This document shows positions 42,940-51,796 of a stretch of DNA of 64,000 nucleotides, piece by piece (positions within the stretch are counted from its first letter, which is position 1; each line of letters starts with the position of its first letter). The position numbers and the translations under genes are program-made. Below the pieces are notes generated by a model, which did not search any database, had not been told where the DNA came from, and saw only the letters and a list, made by a program, of their open reading frames with translations. This DNA comes from a virus (Duplodnaviria; Heunggongvirae; Uroviricota; Caudoviricetes), in IMG/VR virus record IMGVR_UViG_3300037279_000046; one strand, 5' to 3'.

Positions 42940-43478
42940 ACAGCCATAGTGGCTTGCGTGTCGTACTTCGCCTCGTGTACTTCACCAGGTATTACGATCT
43001 TGAAGTATTCTACCAATGAGCCTAAAGACAGACCAAGGTCTGGCGGAAGCTTACCCTTAATCAGAAGACTGAATGCAATGCCAGTGATATCAACTGTGCG
43101 ATAAGACACGAACTTATCCATCGTTTTCTTGCCCAGCAAATGCTCCTGCAACCAGGCTACATCGCGATGGACCTGCTTACCGACAGGAATTAACTGGATC
43201 TTGCCGTCATTAGAGTTCTTCTGTAAGAACCGGAACAACTTCTGTCCTGCCTCAGAGTAAGTGATAGAGACTTTGTCGTGGTTCACAAGATTGATCTTGT
43301 TGATCTCAAGACCACCAGCTTCAACGTGGTAGACTCCATCGTTAGGCTTGACGAACATAGACAGACAGTCTACTACTTCCAGCTTAGTGTTCACTACTTC
43401 AAGATAGGTAGAGAGCAGGGAAACACCCTTGCTCAATCCACCTGTCTCATTGTCCATCGGTAAGAATAAGAACTCCAT
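42912..43478 (-). CDS. DEDDh 3'-5' exonuclease (DnaQ/DexA-like)
   Basis: N-terminal FLFLPMDNETGGL (Exo I, D-x-E) and C-terminal EVHEAKYDTQAT (Exo III, H-x4-D). Confidence 0.7.
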   Translation of the reverse strand: MEFLFLPMDNETGGLSKGVSLLSTYLEVVNTKLEVVDCLSMFVKPNDGVYHVEAGGLEINKINLVNHDKVSITYSEAGQKLFRFLQKNSNDGKIQLIPVGKQVHRDVAWLQEHLLGKKTMDKFVSYRTVDITGIAFSLLIKGKLPPDLGLSLGSLVEYFKIVIPGEVHEAKYDTQATMAVWMKLMEMM

Positions 43479-43792
43479 TAGATCTCCCCAGGCTCTTTGC
43501 CGTCAATAACCATATTCTCGATACCTAGCTGCAGCTCTAGCTCGTCTCTCTGCTTGCGTAGGTCCTCAATGCACTCGATAAGCTTTACCATGTTGTTCAT
43601 TGCAGCTGCAGCAAACTGAGCGTCATCGCCGCACCATGCAACATGTTGCTTATACTGTTCTGGCACATCTGTAACATTGAACCATCTATTGAATGGTCCA
43701 CGTACTGTACCGCCATTGGCATACCACTCATTAACTTTAGTGGACGCAGCAGCGATTGCTTTAAGCTTCTCTAACTCTGCGATTGAGATCAT
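43478..43792 (-). CDS. hypothetical protein
   Basis: 104-aa ORF. Confidence 0.45.
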   Translation of the reverse strand: MISIAELEKLKAIAAASTKVNEWYANGGTVRGPFNRWFNVTDVPEQYKQHVAWCGDDAQFAAAAMNNMVKLIECIEDLRKQRDELELQLGIENMVIDGKEPGEI

Positions 43793-43862
43793 TAGTTCAC
43801 CAATACAAAGAGTACCAATAGAGTTGGTTCAAGGTAAAGATACAGGAAGTAGGTTGCAAACA

Positions 43863-45011
43863 TCATAACTCATCCTTAAACCGCTCGCCGACGGGGAAGA
43901 TTGGGATACCGTACTTAGAGATATACTGGTACTTAACAACAAGGGTTTTACCCTGCCACAATGAATGGTCGTTGAAGAAGTCCATTAGGCGTTCTTTAGG
44001 ACCGCGCATCTTAACATCAAACGTGTCCTCACCTTTGGGTGCAGTAGGCGAATGACATACGAAGATGGCGCAGCCAGCATAGCCGCCACGACCCTCTTTA
44101 ATACCGACGATTTGGAAGTCTGCGTCTTGAAACTCTTTAATCTTCTGTAGTCCATAGCTACGCTTACCTTGGTACTCGCCCTCGATATTGCGAGCCATTC
44201 CGCCTTCATATCCACGCTTCAAGAAAGACTCAAACGCATTCATCATGTCGTCTTCAGTCTTAACAGATACAGTCTCAGTAACGAATATGTAGTTGCACAT
44301 ACCGTTGACCATCTCGTAGCAATGAACGCTAGTGCGAAGGTTTTCAAATCTAGTAGCAAAACCATCCTTAGATGGCTTGTCGTACACGTGGTATTGAACC
44401 TCAGTACAGTTCTTCGCAGGCACTTCTTGACGAATCAATGAAGCAAGCTCTTCGAAGTTATCTTTGTAGGCGTGATTGTAAAGCTCTCCGTCGATCTCGT
44501 GGTATCCAGTAGTGAAGATCTTTTGAAGCTCCTCTACGATATGAGGACAGCTTGTGATGGGCTTGCGAGTACGAGACCAGAGCTTAGCAACACCGTCTTT
44601 AATGGTAGCAAGACAACGGTGACCGTTCAACTTAGGTTGAGTGTACGCTGGATACTTGATCTTATGGCCGTGGTCTGCGAACTTGTGAGCAAGCATGCAG
44701 TCATATCCACCGTCGATGTCTTTTTCGCCAGCTTCAGCACGGGAAACGTCTTCAACGTATCCCTTCTTGATCTTGCCTTCCCACTTTGCAGTGGCTTCGG
44801 CTAATGCTTGTTGTTCAGGAGTAGTAGCGTTCGCACGACCGGCATTCTTGCCCTCTTTGATTACTTCTTCAGTGCGTTGAATCTTACCGTCTTGTTGCCC
44901 AAAGTTAACAATAATGTTATTGCCATCAACACCAATTGACCACATTTGAGTCTTACCAGAACTAGCTTTTTTATACAAAACCGGCAAAGTTTTCATGTAT
45001 TTCACCACCAT
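43863..45011 (-). CDS. ATP-dependent DNA ligase
   Basis: Adenylation motif I PKLNGHRC (KxNGxR variant), motif III EIDGELY, motif IV EGGMARN and motif V FDVKMRG. Confidence 0.85.
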   Translation of the reverse strand: MVVKYMKTLPVLYKKASSGKTQMWSIGVDGNNIIVNFGQQDGKIQRTEEVIKEGKNAGRANATTPEQQALAEATAKWEGKIKKGYVEDVSRAEAGEKDIDGGYDCMLAHKFADHGHKIKYPAYTQPKLNGHRCLATIKDGVAKLWSRTRKPITSCPHIVEELQKIFTTGYHEIDGELYNHAYKDNFEELASLIRQEVPAKNCTEVQYHVYDKPSKDGFATRFENLRTSVHCYEMVNGMCNYIFVTETVSVKTEDDMMNAFESFLKRGYEGGMARNIEGEYQGKRSYGLQKIKEFQDADFQIVGIKEGRGGYAGCAIFVCHSPTAPKGEDTFDVKMRGPKERLMDFFNDHSLWQGKTLVVKYQYISKYGIPIFPVGERFKDEL

Positions 45012-45049
45012 AAGATCAAATTTATCCAGTTATATGATATAATCAGAAT

Positions 45050-45571
45050 ATGAAAAATTGTTCCAATTCTAGTTGTACACAAGTAAATCCTCAACCATTA
45101 ATTAACTTTGCTAAAAATCAAAAGAGCAAAGATAAACTACAACCATGGTGCAAATTATGTTGTAAAAGGCGACAAGCTGAATATCAAGTACAAAATAGAG
45201 AAAGTGTCAACAAAACTGCAAGAGAGTGGTGTAGACGCAATAAAGAAAAAACCAACAAGAAATGCAAAGAATATTATGACAATAATCCAGATAAAGTTAA
45301 AGACTATAAGTTGCGAACTAGTTTTGGCATAACATTAGAACAATATAGGAAAATGTCTGCAAGTCAGAATCACACTTGTGCTATATGTAAACAGCCAGAA
45401 ACTTCTAAAGATCATAGAGGGAAGTTGAGATATTTAGCAGTCGATCACTGTCATAAAACAGGTAAAATTAGAGGCCTATTGTGTCAAAAACATAATAGAA
45501 TGCTTGGTCTTGCAAACGATGAACAACATATACTGTTGGCAGCTGCAGATTACGTTAGTAAAAATAAATAA
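45050..45571 (+). CDS. Endonuclease VII-like protein with Cys-rich N-terminal extension
   Basis: HTCAICKQPE...VDHCHKTGKIRGLLCQKHN; TATAAT-like box 8 nt upstream. Confidence 0.7.
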   Translation: MKNCSNSSCTQVNPQPLINFAKNQKSKDKLQPWCKLCCKRRQAEYQVQNRESVNKTAREWCRRNKEKTNKKCKEYYDNNPDKVKDYKLRTSFGITLEQYRKMSASQNHTCAICKQPETSKDHRGKLRYLAVDHCHKTGKIRGLLCQKHNRMLGLANDEQHILLAAADYVSKNK

Positions 45572-45994
45572 TCATTTAAACTTCTCCACTGCTCTGATTG
45601 CAGAGCTAGAAATATGAACCAAAGTGCGATCACAGATGAAATATACGATCGGAATCGTAAGTCCAAGGTCCTCACACCAGTACTGCTGAGTCTTCTCTGC
45701 ATCTAGATCTTTGCCGTCACGTAGGCCACGAATGATTGCTACTGCGTCAACATGTTTTGCAAAGTCAGGAAGTAGTCCGTCATAAGTTTGCACATCAACA
45801 TACTGATCGTTATATCTAACGTGTTCTGGAATCCTAAAGATTGGATTGTTATTGTGAGGGTTATTGAAGTTCTTTTCTGGGTTATTACCAATGCCAATAA
45901 TAACCTTATCGAACAAGAGCAATGACTTATTTAGTATTTCTTCGTGACCTTTATGCCACGGGTTAAAGCTTCCTGGATATATTGCTACTCTCAT
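45572..45994 (-). CDS. cytidylyltransferase-fold adenylyltransferase (PPAT/CoaD-like; candidate NMN adenylyltransferase)
   Basis: MRVAIYPGSFNPWHKGHEEIL (HxGH motif) and ISSSAIR; closely resembles the E. coli CoaD layout. Confidence 0.75.
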   Translation of the reverse strand: MRVAIYPGSFNPWHKGHEEILNKSLLLFDKVIIGIGNNPEKNFNNPHNNNPIFRIPEHVRYNDQYVDVQTYDGLLPDFAKHVDAVAIIRGLRDGKDLDAEKTQQYWCEDLGLTIPIVYFICDRTLVHISSSAIRAVEKFK

Positions 45995-46422
45995 AAGAAC
46001 AGCCCAGCCATAGCAAGAATGGTTAGACCATGCAAGAGCTGATCAAACCCGATTGTGGTGTAAAACAGGTGATCATTCCAGTACTGCCAGTTCTTACCAC
46101 TCTCAGCCATCCACTTATTTTTCTCTTCTTGAGAAATTGTGAAGGCATCAGCTTCTTTCTTGATTCGATAGTAGGCGCTTGCCTTATATAAGCGCCAGAT
46201 GTTCCAATCAATCACGCCATGAATAAGGGAATTTAGTAGGGCAATCTTAAGTGCTATCAACGGATTGACAACGATCATAAGTCCAAATAAGAAGAATGCG
46301 GTTTGAATAGCCAGGTGCTTTGCGAGCCAGATAAACTCTGAACTCTTCTTTTGACCCATCTCACGCGATTGAAATATAAAATCTGCCACAAAATGCAGAA
46401 TAAACATGTATGCGATGATCAT
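45991..46422 (-). CDS. polytopic membrane protein
   Basis: 3-4 predicted TM helices. Confidence 0.5.
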   Translation of the reverse strand: MIIAYMFILHFVADFIFQSREMGQKKSSEFIWLAKHLAIQTAFFLFGLMIVVNPLIALKIALLNSLIHGVIDWNIWRLYKASAYYRIKKEADAFTISQEEKNKWMAESGKNWQYWNDHLFYTTIGFDQLLHGLTILAMAGLFL

Positions 46423-46454
46423 AGACCCTCCTTATAGAGGATTATACGATCAGA

Positions 46455-47147
46455 TTATTCGTCAGTGCCCGAGCATGTATGAGGAGCAAGGTAAGAGATA
46501 TACACGTCGCAATCGAGCTTAACGATCTTCTGAGCGAGGTGTAACTTCACCATCTCTTCAGAGTCAACAGACCATTCGGTATCGGTGATCTTTTTTTCGT
46601 AATCAGCCTTAGACATACCAATCACAGAGTAGATGGCTTCGTCGAACTCATCAGATGATCTCTGTAAGCCCTCGATGGCACGAGTATTGTGAACTAGTTT
46701 AGCAGTTGCGTGTTGCCAGAACATCTCGTGCATAATCATTCTAGAGTTTGCTACGACAAGGCGATGTAGACTGGTTGCTTGGATGTATCCTGCAGCAGAG
46801 CCACAGTACTTACAGATAACTACGACATTGGGGAGTTGAGCTATTAGCTTTCTGAGTACGACTGCTTGGTCGTATTGTCCGCCACCAGAGTTAATAATAA
46901 GGTAGATATTCTGGTCTTGTGGAACCATCACGCGCTTACCAATGATGGCATTGAACCAAGTGTTGACGGATACCGCGGTGAACTCACCCTCGAGCACCAT
47001 CGTATTTTGAGCTGTCATGGTGACTGTTTCAATTGGCTTATTAGGAGTTACGGCTGCGACAACCACTAGGGTGAAGAACAATGACAAGAAAAGAATTGAC
47101 ATTCTTTTAAGGATCTGTCTGACGATCATAATTAACTCCAGGTTCAT
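46455..47147 (-). CDS. ClpP-fold serine protease paralog 2 with N-terminal signal/TM segment (NfeD/SppA-like?)
   Basis: MSILFLSLFFTLVVVAAV leader; YLIINSGGGQYDQAVVL ... CGSAAGYI ... MIMHEM. Confidence 0.7.
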   Translation of the reverse strand: MNLELIMIVRQILKRMSILFLSLFFTLVVVAAVTPNKPIETVTMTAQNTMVLEGEFTAVSVNTWFNAIIGKRVMVPQDQNIYLIINSGGGQYDQAVVLRKLIAQLPNVVVICKYCGSAAGYIQATSLHRLVVANSRMIMHEMFWQHATAKLVHNTRAIEGLQRSSDEFDEAIYSVIGMSKADYEKKITDTEWSVDSEEMVKLHLAQKIVKLDCDVYISYLAPHTCSGTDE

Positions 47148-47179
47148 CTTCTAATGATACCCTGGATAAGGATTAGACA

Positions 47180-48004
47180 CTATTGGTTACCGAGTAGTTC
47201 TCGCACCATTTTGCCAGTCTTAATCGCTGTTGCTTGCGATGTTCCAGTCATGAATGCTTGACCTTCAGCAGATGAATACGAGCGTGCGTTTGTACCAAAC
47301 TCCCACACTTTTACAGTCGAACCATAGTTAGAAGTTGGTGCTCTCTTGCCACTCTCTTCCTTATTGCCGACAACAACGATGCGCTTGTCGTAGTAAGCAG
47401 GATAGTAATGCTTGCCAGCCTGATCGATGTCAGACTTCTCATTGCCTGCAGCAAATACCAGAGTGATACCCTTGTTCAAGGCTTCCTCAACAAGAGCTTT
47501 CTCTTCTGAACTTGAGTCAGTACCGCCACCAGAGATGTTGATAAAGTCTACCTTCTCGTCTATAGCAGCCCTAATAGCCTTTTTCATTGATTCGAGGTTA
47601 TTATTGTAAGGTTTAGTGGGGTCATAATACTTCAGAACCACGATGCAGAAATTAGCTTTCATGTTTGCAATTGTCTTAGGATAGACGCCATAACCTAGGA
47701 ATTTGTTCTTGGCATATTGATCGATGAGACCAGCGATATGAGTGCCATGGCCATGATGATCTGTCAGACCAGTATCAGTGAAGTCCTTGCTTCCGGTCTC
47801 GCAGATCATTGGGGAATAGCGTAAAGAATCGGCGATACCTGTGTCGATAACTGCGATCTTAATAAGATGATGTAGCTTGCTAGCCTGAGTAACCACTTCT
47901 TTAGCCGGAGGCGTGGTATTTGCCTCACTGGCCGAACAGCCAGCGATTATAGCTATACTAGGTATTAGAACCTTTAGGCTTTTCATTCGAAACACCTTCC
48001 GCAA
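47180..48004 (-). CDS. subtilisin-like (S8) serine protease, probable lipoprotein
   Basis: Lipobox-like IIAGCSAS; catalytic triad motifs AVIDTGI, HGHGTHIAG and GTSQATA. Confidence 0.8.
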   Translation of the reverse strand: MRKVFRMKSLKVLIPSIAIIAGCSASEANTTPPAKEVVTQASKLHHLIKIAVIDTGIADSLRYSPMICETGSKDFTDTGLTDHHGHGTHIAGLIDQYAKNKFLGYGVYPKTIANMKANFCIVVLKYYDPTKPYNNNLESMKKAIRAAIDEKVDFINISGGGTDSSSEEKALVEEALNKGITLVFAAGNEKSDIDQAGKHYYPAYYDKRIVVVGNKEESGKRAPTSNYGSTVKVWEFGTNARSYSSAEGQAFMTGTSQATAIKTGKMVRELLGNQ

Positions 48005-48109
48005 GTCTTATTACTCGTGTAAGTATCTCATTTCGGAAACTACATTTAGTCTCGTGCCTAGCAAATTCGGCATATCGTTTGATATATGCCGAATCATAGT
48101 TCATCGACT

Positions 48110-48706
48110 TTAATCCTTCGAAGAGTTCGTAGGCTTCGTTCGATGTCCGGTTTTTGGCCCTAATCCTGTCGTCTTCTGAGAATCCCATTTGTCACGCTCT
48201 TCTTTCCGTTTCTTCTCTTCGATCTCATACGCGTAATGCTCACGCATTAATTCTTCTACCTGTTCGCGTGAATAGGTCGGATAGTTCTTAGGCATCGTCA
48301 TCATTGGAGGCTGTTCATACGGAGCATTAGAAGCAGCAAGAAGCTCTGCAACCTGCTCACGAGTATAAGTTCCATAAGCGCTTGGGCCGTTCTTAGGCTT
48401 GTCGGCGGCTTTCTTATTGATCTTAAACTCTAACTCAGGATCAAACTCAGGTTCTTCATACTTCTCAGGATGAGACTCGCGGAGTTCAAACTCTTCTTCT
48501 TGCTCAGGGGTAAGCTGTCTTTCTTTGAGAGCATCGAGCATAGCCTTTTCGATATCTTTGAACTTAGTTCCAAGTATCTCATGGCAAATAGCCTGTTTAA
48601 GTTCAACAGAGTTGAGAATCTCGTTAGCGCGGAGTACTTTTTCCTCGCGACTTAGTTTATCAAGGCCACAGAGCTGCTGAATTCGACGCTTCAATTTTTT
48701 ACTCAA
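48110..48706 (-). CDS. hypothetical charged protein
   Basis: 198-aa ORF, Glu/Lys-rich. Confidence 0.45.
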   Translation of the reverse strand: MSKKLKRRIQQLCGLDKLSREEKVLRANEILNSVELKQAICHEILGTKFKDIEKAMLDALKERQLTPEQEEEFELRESHPEKYEEPEFDPELEFKINKKAADKPKNGPSAYGTYTREQVAELLAASNAPYEQPPMMTMPKNYPTYSREQVEELMREHYAYEIEEKKRKEERDKWDSQKTTGLGPKTGHRTKPTNSSKD

Positions 48707-48782
48707 GAAGACTCCTCGTTAAGAACATTATATCACCCGGGCCACTAGGACCCAGATGACGGTGTCTAACTAACGGGCACTC

Positions 48783-49130
48783 TTACTTGTTATTAACGTC
48801 GAGCGTCTTCTCCAAGTCTTGGTCGAATTGTAAGTCGAATGATACAGCTGCAGTCTCTTCAACAATCTTATTGAACATCTCATCCTTGAAGGCCTGATGA
48901 TCAGTCTCAGAGATAGCTTTGCAGATCTCCAACTTCACTACTTCTTGGTTCTGCCAAGTTGGATCCTTAGCGAATACATCCATGGCAGCCTGTAAGTTAG
49001 CAGGAATTGGGATATTAAAGTGTCTCCAAAAATCAAGAGCGGCATTGCAATCTTCAGGGGAGATTGCGACCTTTTGATCTACTTCGTTTGTTGCTTTTTG
49101 CTCGTTTTGATCCGACATAGGACCTCCCAT
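48783..49130 (-). CDS. hypothetical acidic protein
   Basis: 115-aa ORF. Confidence 0.45.
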   Translation of the reverse strand: MGGPMSDQNEQKATNEVDQKVAISPEDCNAALDFWRHFNIPIPANLQAAMDVFAKDPTWQNQEVVKLEICKAISETDHQAFKDEMFNKIVEETAAVSFDLQFDQDLEKTLDVNNK

Positions 49131-49846
49131 TAACGTTTCTTAGTATCGGTTTTCTTTTTAGGAGACGATTTGCGTTTTCCAGCAGTCTTTTTACCTGTCG
49201 TAATTGACTGCTTCTGACGTGAAGCAAACGGAGCCTTAATGGGTTGTTTAGTAACTTCGTATTGAACTTTACCAAAGACCTTAGGTGTACCGATAGTGTC
49301 TACGATGCCGAACTTAACAGCTTCTTGGCCGACTAAGTAACGATCAGTTCCGTCTTGTTGCTTGATAACTGAGCGGAATTCATCATAGTTCTTGAAGCCG
49401 CAGTTGCGTGCCAACAGACCCATGAAATACTCGTTTAAGCGAGTAGTCTCATTAACGTCTGCCTTCATGTCGTGTACGTTCCCGCCGGTCCCAGATGAGA
49501 CTTCGTGGACCATGACACGTGAGTGTCGGCCCAAGAAACGGACGTCCCCGTGTGACAATAGGACAGCTCCGCAGCTCATTGCCTTACCCATACAGACAGT
49601 AACAATGGGGTTCGGGACTTCATCAATGGTCTCAATCATCTTGGCCAAGGCGTCTACATAGCCACCATAAGAGTCGATGTGAATAGTAATAGGTCGGCTG
49701 GGGTCAGTTGCAGCGATAGCTATAACTGATGCTCTGAACTTTTGCGCGTGTTCCTCGTCGAATTTGGTAACCCAGATTTCTGGGAGCTTAAGAGTATCGT
49801 CTTCCATTAGAACCACCTTTCCAGTAAAAGAATTGTACTTGGCCAT
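49130..49846 (-). CDS. ClpP-fold serine protease paralog 3 with basic C-terminal tail
   Basis: ITIHIDSYGGYVDALAKMIETI ... GKAMSCGAVLL ... RVMVHEV; C-terminal KKTAGKRKSSPKKKTDTKKR. Confidence 0.75.
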   Translation of the reverse strand: MAKYNSFTGKVVLMEDDTLKLPEIWVTKFDEEHAQKFRASVIAIAATDPSRPITIHIDSYGGYVDALAKMIETIDEVPNPIVTVCMGKAMSCGAVLLSHGDVRFLGRHSRVMVHEVSSGTGGNVHDMKADVNETTRLNEYFMGLLARNCGFKNYDEFRSVIKQQDGTDRYLVGQEAVKFGIVDTIGTPKVFGKVQYEVTKQPIKAPFASRQKQSITTGKKTAGKRKSSPKKKTDTKKR

Positions 49847-49886
49847 AATTCATAACTAATAGAGTTGACATAGTAAAATAGCTAAT

Positions 49887-50360
49887 ATGGTAAAACAATG
49901 TCGTAGATGTAATGAGTCAAAATCTGTCGGTGATTTTCCAAAATGCAAAACCAATAAAGATGGTCTATACTCTTATTGTAAAGAATGCAATTCTCGTAAA
50001 GTTAAAGGCCACTACGTGGTTAAATCAGAAGAAAGAAAAGCATATCAAAGGTCTGTATCTAAGGCAATACAAAAGGATAGGGATCTTAAGTCAGTTTATG
50101 GAATTACTCTCGAGCAATATAAGTTAATGCTGAAAAATCAAGACGGTAAGTGTGCAATTTGCAAACAATATGAGACAAAAGTTAATTCAAAAAGCAAAGA
50201 AACTTTAATGCTCTCTGTGGATCATAGTCATAGAACGGGCAAAGTAAGGGCCTTATTGTGTAATAGATGCAATAGAGGACTTGGTTACTTTAAAGATAAT
50301 CCAGAGTTTTGCATTTCTGCGGCAAATTATCTAACCGAACATAAAGATATAATAGAGTGA
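49887..50360 (+). CDS. Endonuclease VII-like protein with Cys-rich N-terminal extension
   Basis: GKCAICKQYE...VDHSHRTGKVRALLCNRCN; possible TTGACA box upstream. Confidence 0.7.
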   Translation: MVKQCRRCNESKSVGDFPKCKTNKDGLYSYCKECNSRKVKGHYVVKSEERKAYQRSVSKAIQKDRDLKSVYGITLEQYKLMLKNQDGKCAICKQYETKVNSKSKETLMLSVDHSHRTGKVRALLCNRCNRGLGYFKDNPEFCISAANYLTEHKDIIE

Positions 50361-50373
50361 GAACGAGGTCATA

Positions 50374-51174
50374 ATGGATAAAATCGACGCACTCATAAAG
50401 AAACTCCAAGAAGCTAAAGAAGAGCTGTCTAAAGCTGATGTCGTGAAGCCAGACACCGGATACGGAAAGATTACAATCAAGGATAATACTCCGAAGTCGC
50501 AGAAACCTGCTGACCCACAGAAACCCTACGGTAAGGTAATCATCAAGGCTGAATCTGCTCCTGCAGCACCTAAGCCACAAGCCGTTAGCATCGGTAAGCA
50601 CTCCAATGGCAAGTTTAAAGCTTATAACTGGAAGGCAGGCCAAGTAGCTATGCACCCAGAAGAGTTCGACACTCATGATGCAGCTAAGGCTCACTATGAA
50701 GCCAAAGGTCATATGATCAAGTCTGAAGAAGAATTAGAGAAAGATGCAGCTAACCCTAAGCTTGCACCCAAAGAAGTAAAGATCAAAGAACTTCAAGGCA
50801 AGATCGACTCAGGTACCTACAAAATTCCTGCTGCCAAAATTGCTGACAAGATGCTTGGTAAGAGCGACAAAGAGACTGAAAAAGAAGCTATGGACGCTGA
50901 GTTCGGCAAAATGGCTAAAGATGAAGCAATGATGATGGGCGAAGGATGCGGAATGGAAGCTATGGCTATGTCTAAAGACGGCCAATGGTCTTTCAAGAAA
51001 TCTGCATTCAAAGAGCTCGAAAGCAAACTCGAGCATGAAGGCAAGTCGAAAGAATCAGCCGGCGCTATTGCTTACTCTGTAGGCGAGAAGAAATACGGTA
51101 AAGCTGGTATGGAAGCGAAAGCTAAAGCCGGCGAAGCCAAGAAAGGCGACATGGGCGACGGAGAGATGTGCTGA
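50374..51174 (+). CDS. lysine-rich protein with internal FlgM-like (anti-sigma-28) motif
   Basis: KIKELQGKIDSGTYKIPAAKIADKMLG resembles the FlgM consensus I..G.Y.VD..KIAD.LL; the rest is low-complexity KE/AG-rich with a C-terminal Cys. Confidence 0.45.
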   Translation: MDKIDALIKKLQEAKEELSKADVVKPDTGYGKITIKDNTPKSQKPADPQKPYGKVIIKAESAPAAPKPQAVSIGKHSNGKFKAYNWKAGQVAMHPEEFDTHDAAKAHYEAKGHMIKSEEELEKDAANPKLAPKEVKIKELQGKIDSGTYKIPAAKIADKMLGKSDKETEKEAMDAEFGKMAKDEAMMMGEGCGMEAMAMSKDGQWSFKKSAFKELESKLEHEGKSKESAGAIAYSVGEKKYGKAGMEAKAKAGEAKKGDMGDGEMC

Positions 51175-51771
51175 TTACCAAATCAAAGGTCCTCTTAGTA
51201 ACTTGAGGACTTTGATGATTTCTAAGAATTCTGAGTAAGAAACTAAATCAGACTTAAGTCTGTTGCAGCTTTCACAACATGTAACTACGTTTTGTTTAAT
51301 GTATCCAAGCGAAGAGTCTTTTCTATCAAGACCATTATAGACATAAGCACCATTCAGTCTAGAATCGTTCATTAAAGTCGACGGCTTCATGTCGCAATAA
51401 TGACAATCCATTTTAGTTAGAAGACTAAAATCCTCTTTAGAAATCTCAAAGACTAAATCTCTTAACTTTGCTGAACCTTTATAGTTCTTATAGACATAAT
51501 TCATGGCAGCTTCACCAACGGGCTTTGTATGAGCTGGTTGTTTACCTCTTGCTAGGTTGCCAATAAAGCTTTTTAGATGTTCTTTCTTCAGACAGCCACA
51601 GCTCTTCTTGCTTCCGCGTTTTAAATTGCTGGCATTCACCTTAACCTTATTTCCACAAGAGCAAATGCAGTTAGTATAAAGTCGACCTCTCTCGCCTACA
51701 AAAGTAGATTCAACATATAGTCGGCCAAATTGCTTATTTAATACTTCTTCTTTTAGATGCGGATTGTTCAT
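51175..51771 (-). CDS. HNH homing-endonuclease-like protein (same family as the N-terminus of 5632..6732)
   Basis: CICSCGN...SCGCL zinc ribbon plus YNGLDRKDSSLGYIKQNVVTCCESCN. Confidence 0.7.
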   Translation of the reverse strand: MNNPHLKEEVLNKQFGRLYVESTFVGERGRLYTNCICSCGNKVKVNASNLKRGSKKSCGCLKKEHLKSFIGNLARGKQPAHTKPVGEAAMNYVYKNYKGSAKLRDLVFEISKEDFSLLTKMDCHYCDMKPSTLMNDSRLNGAYVYNGLDRKDSSLGYIKQNVVTCCESCNRLKSDLVSYSEFLEIIKVLKLLRGPLIW

Positions 51772-51796
51772 GGTTTAATGATACCACATACGAACC

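Noticed and set aside
49866-49886. Sigma-70-like TTGACA ... TAATAT promoter upstream of 49887
   Set aside because: The spacer is about 12 nt, too short, and the -10 match is ambiguous. Not reported as a feature.
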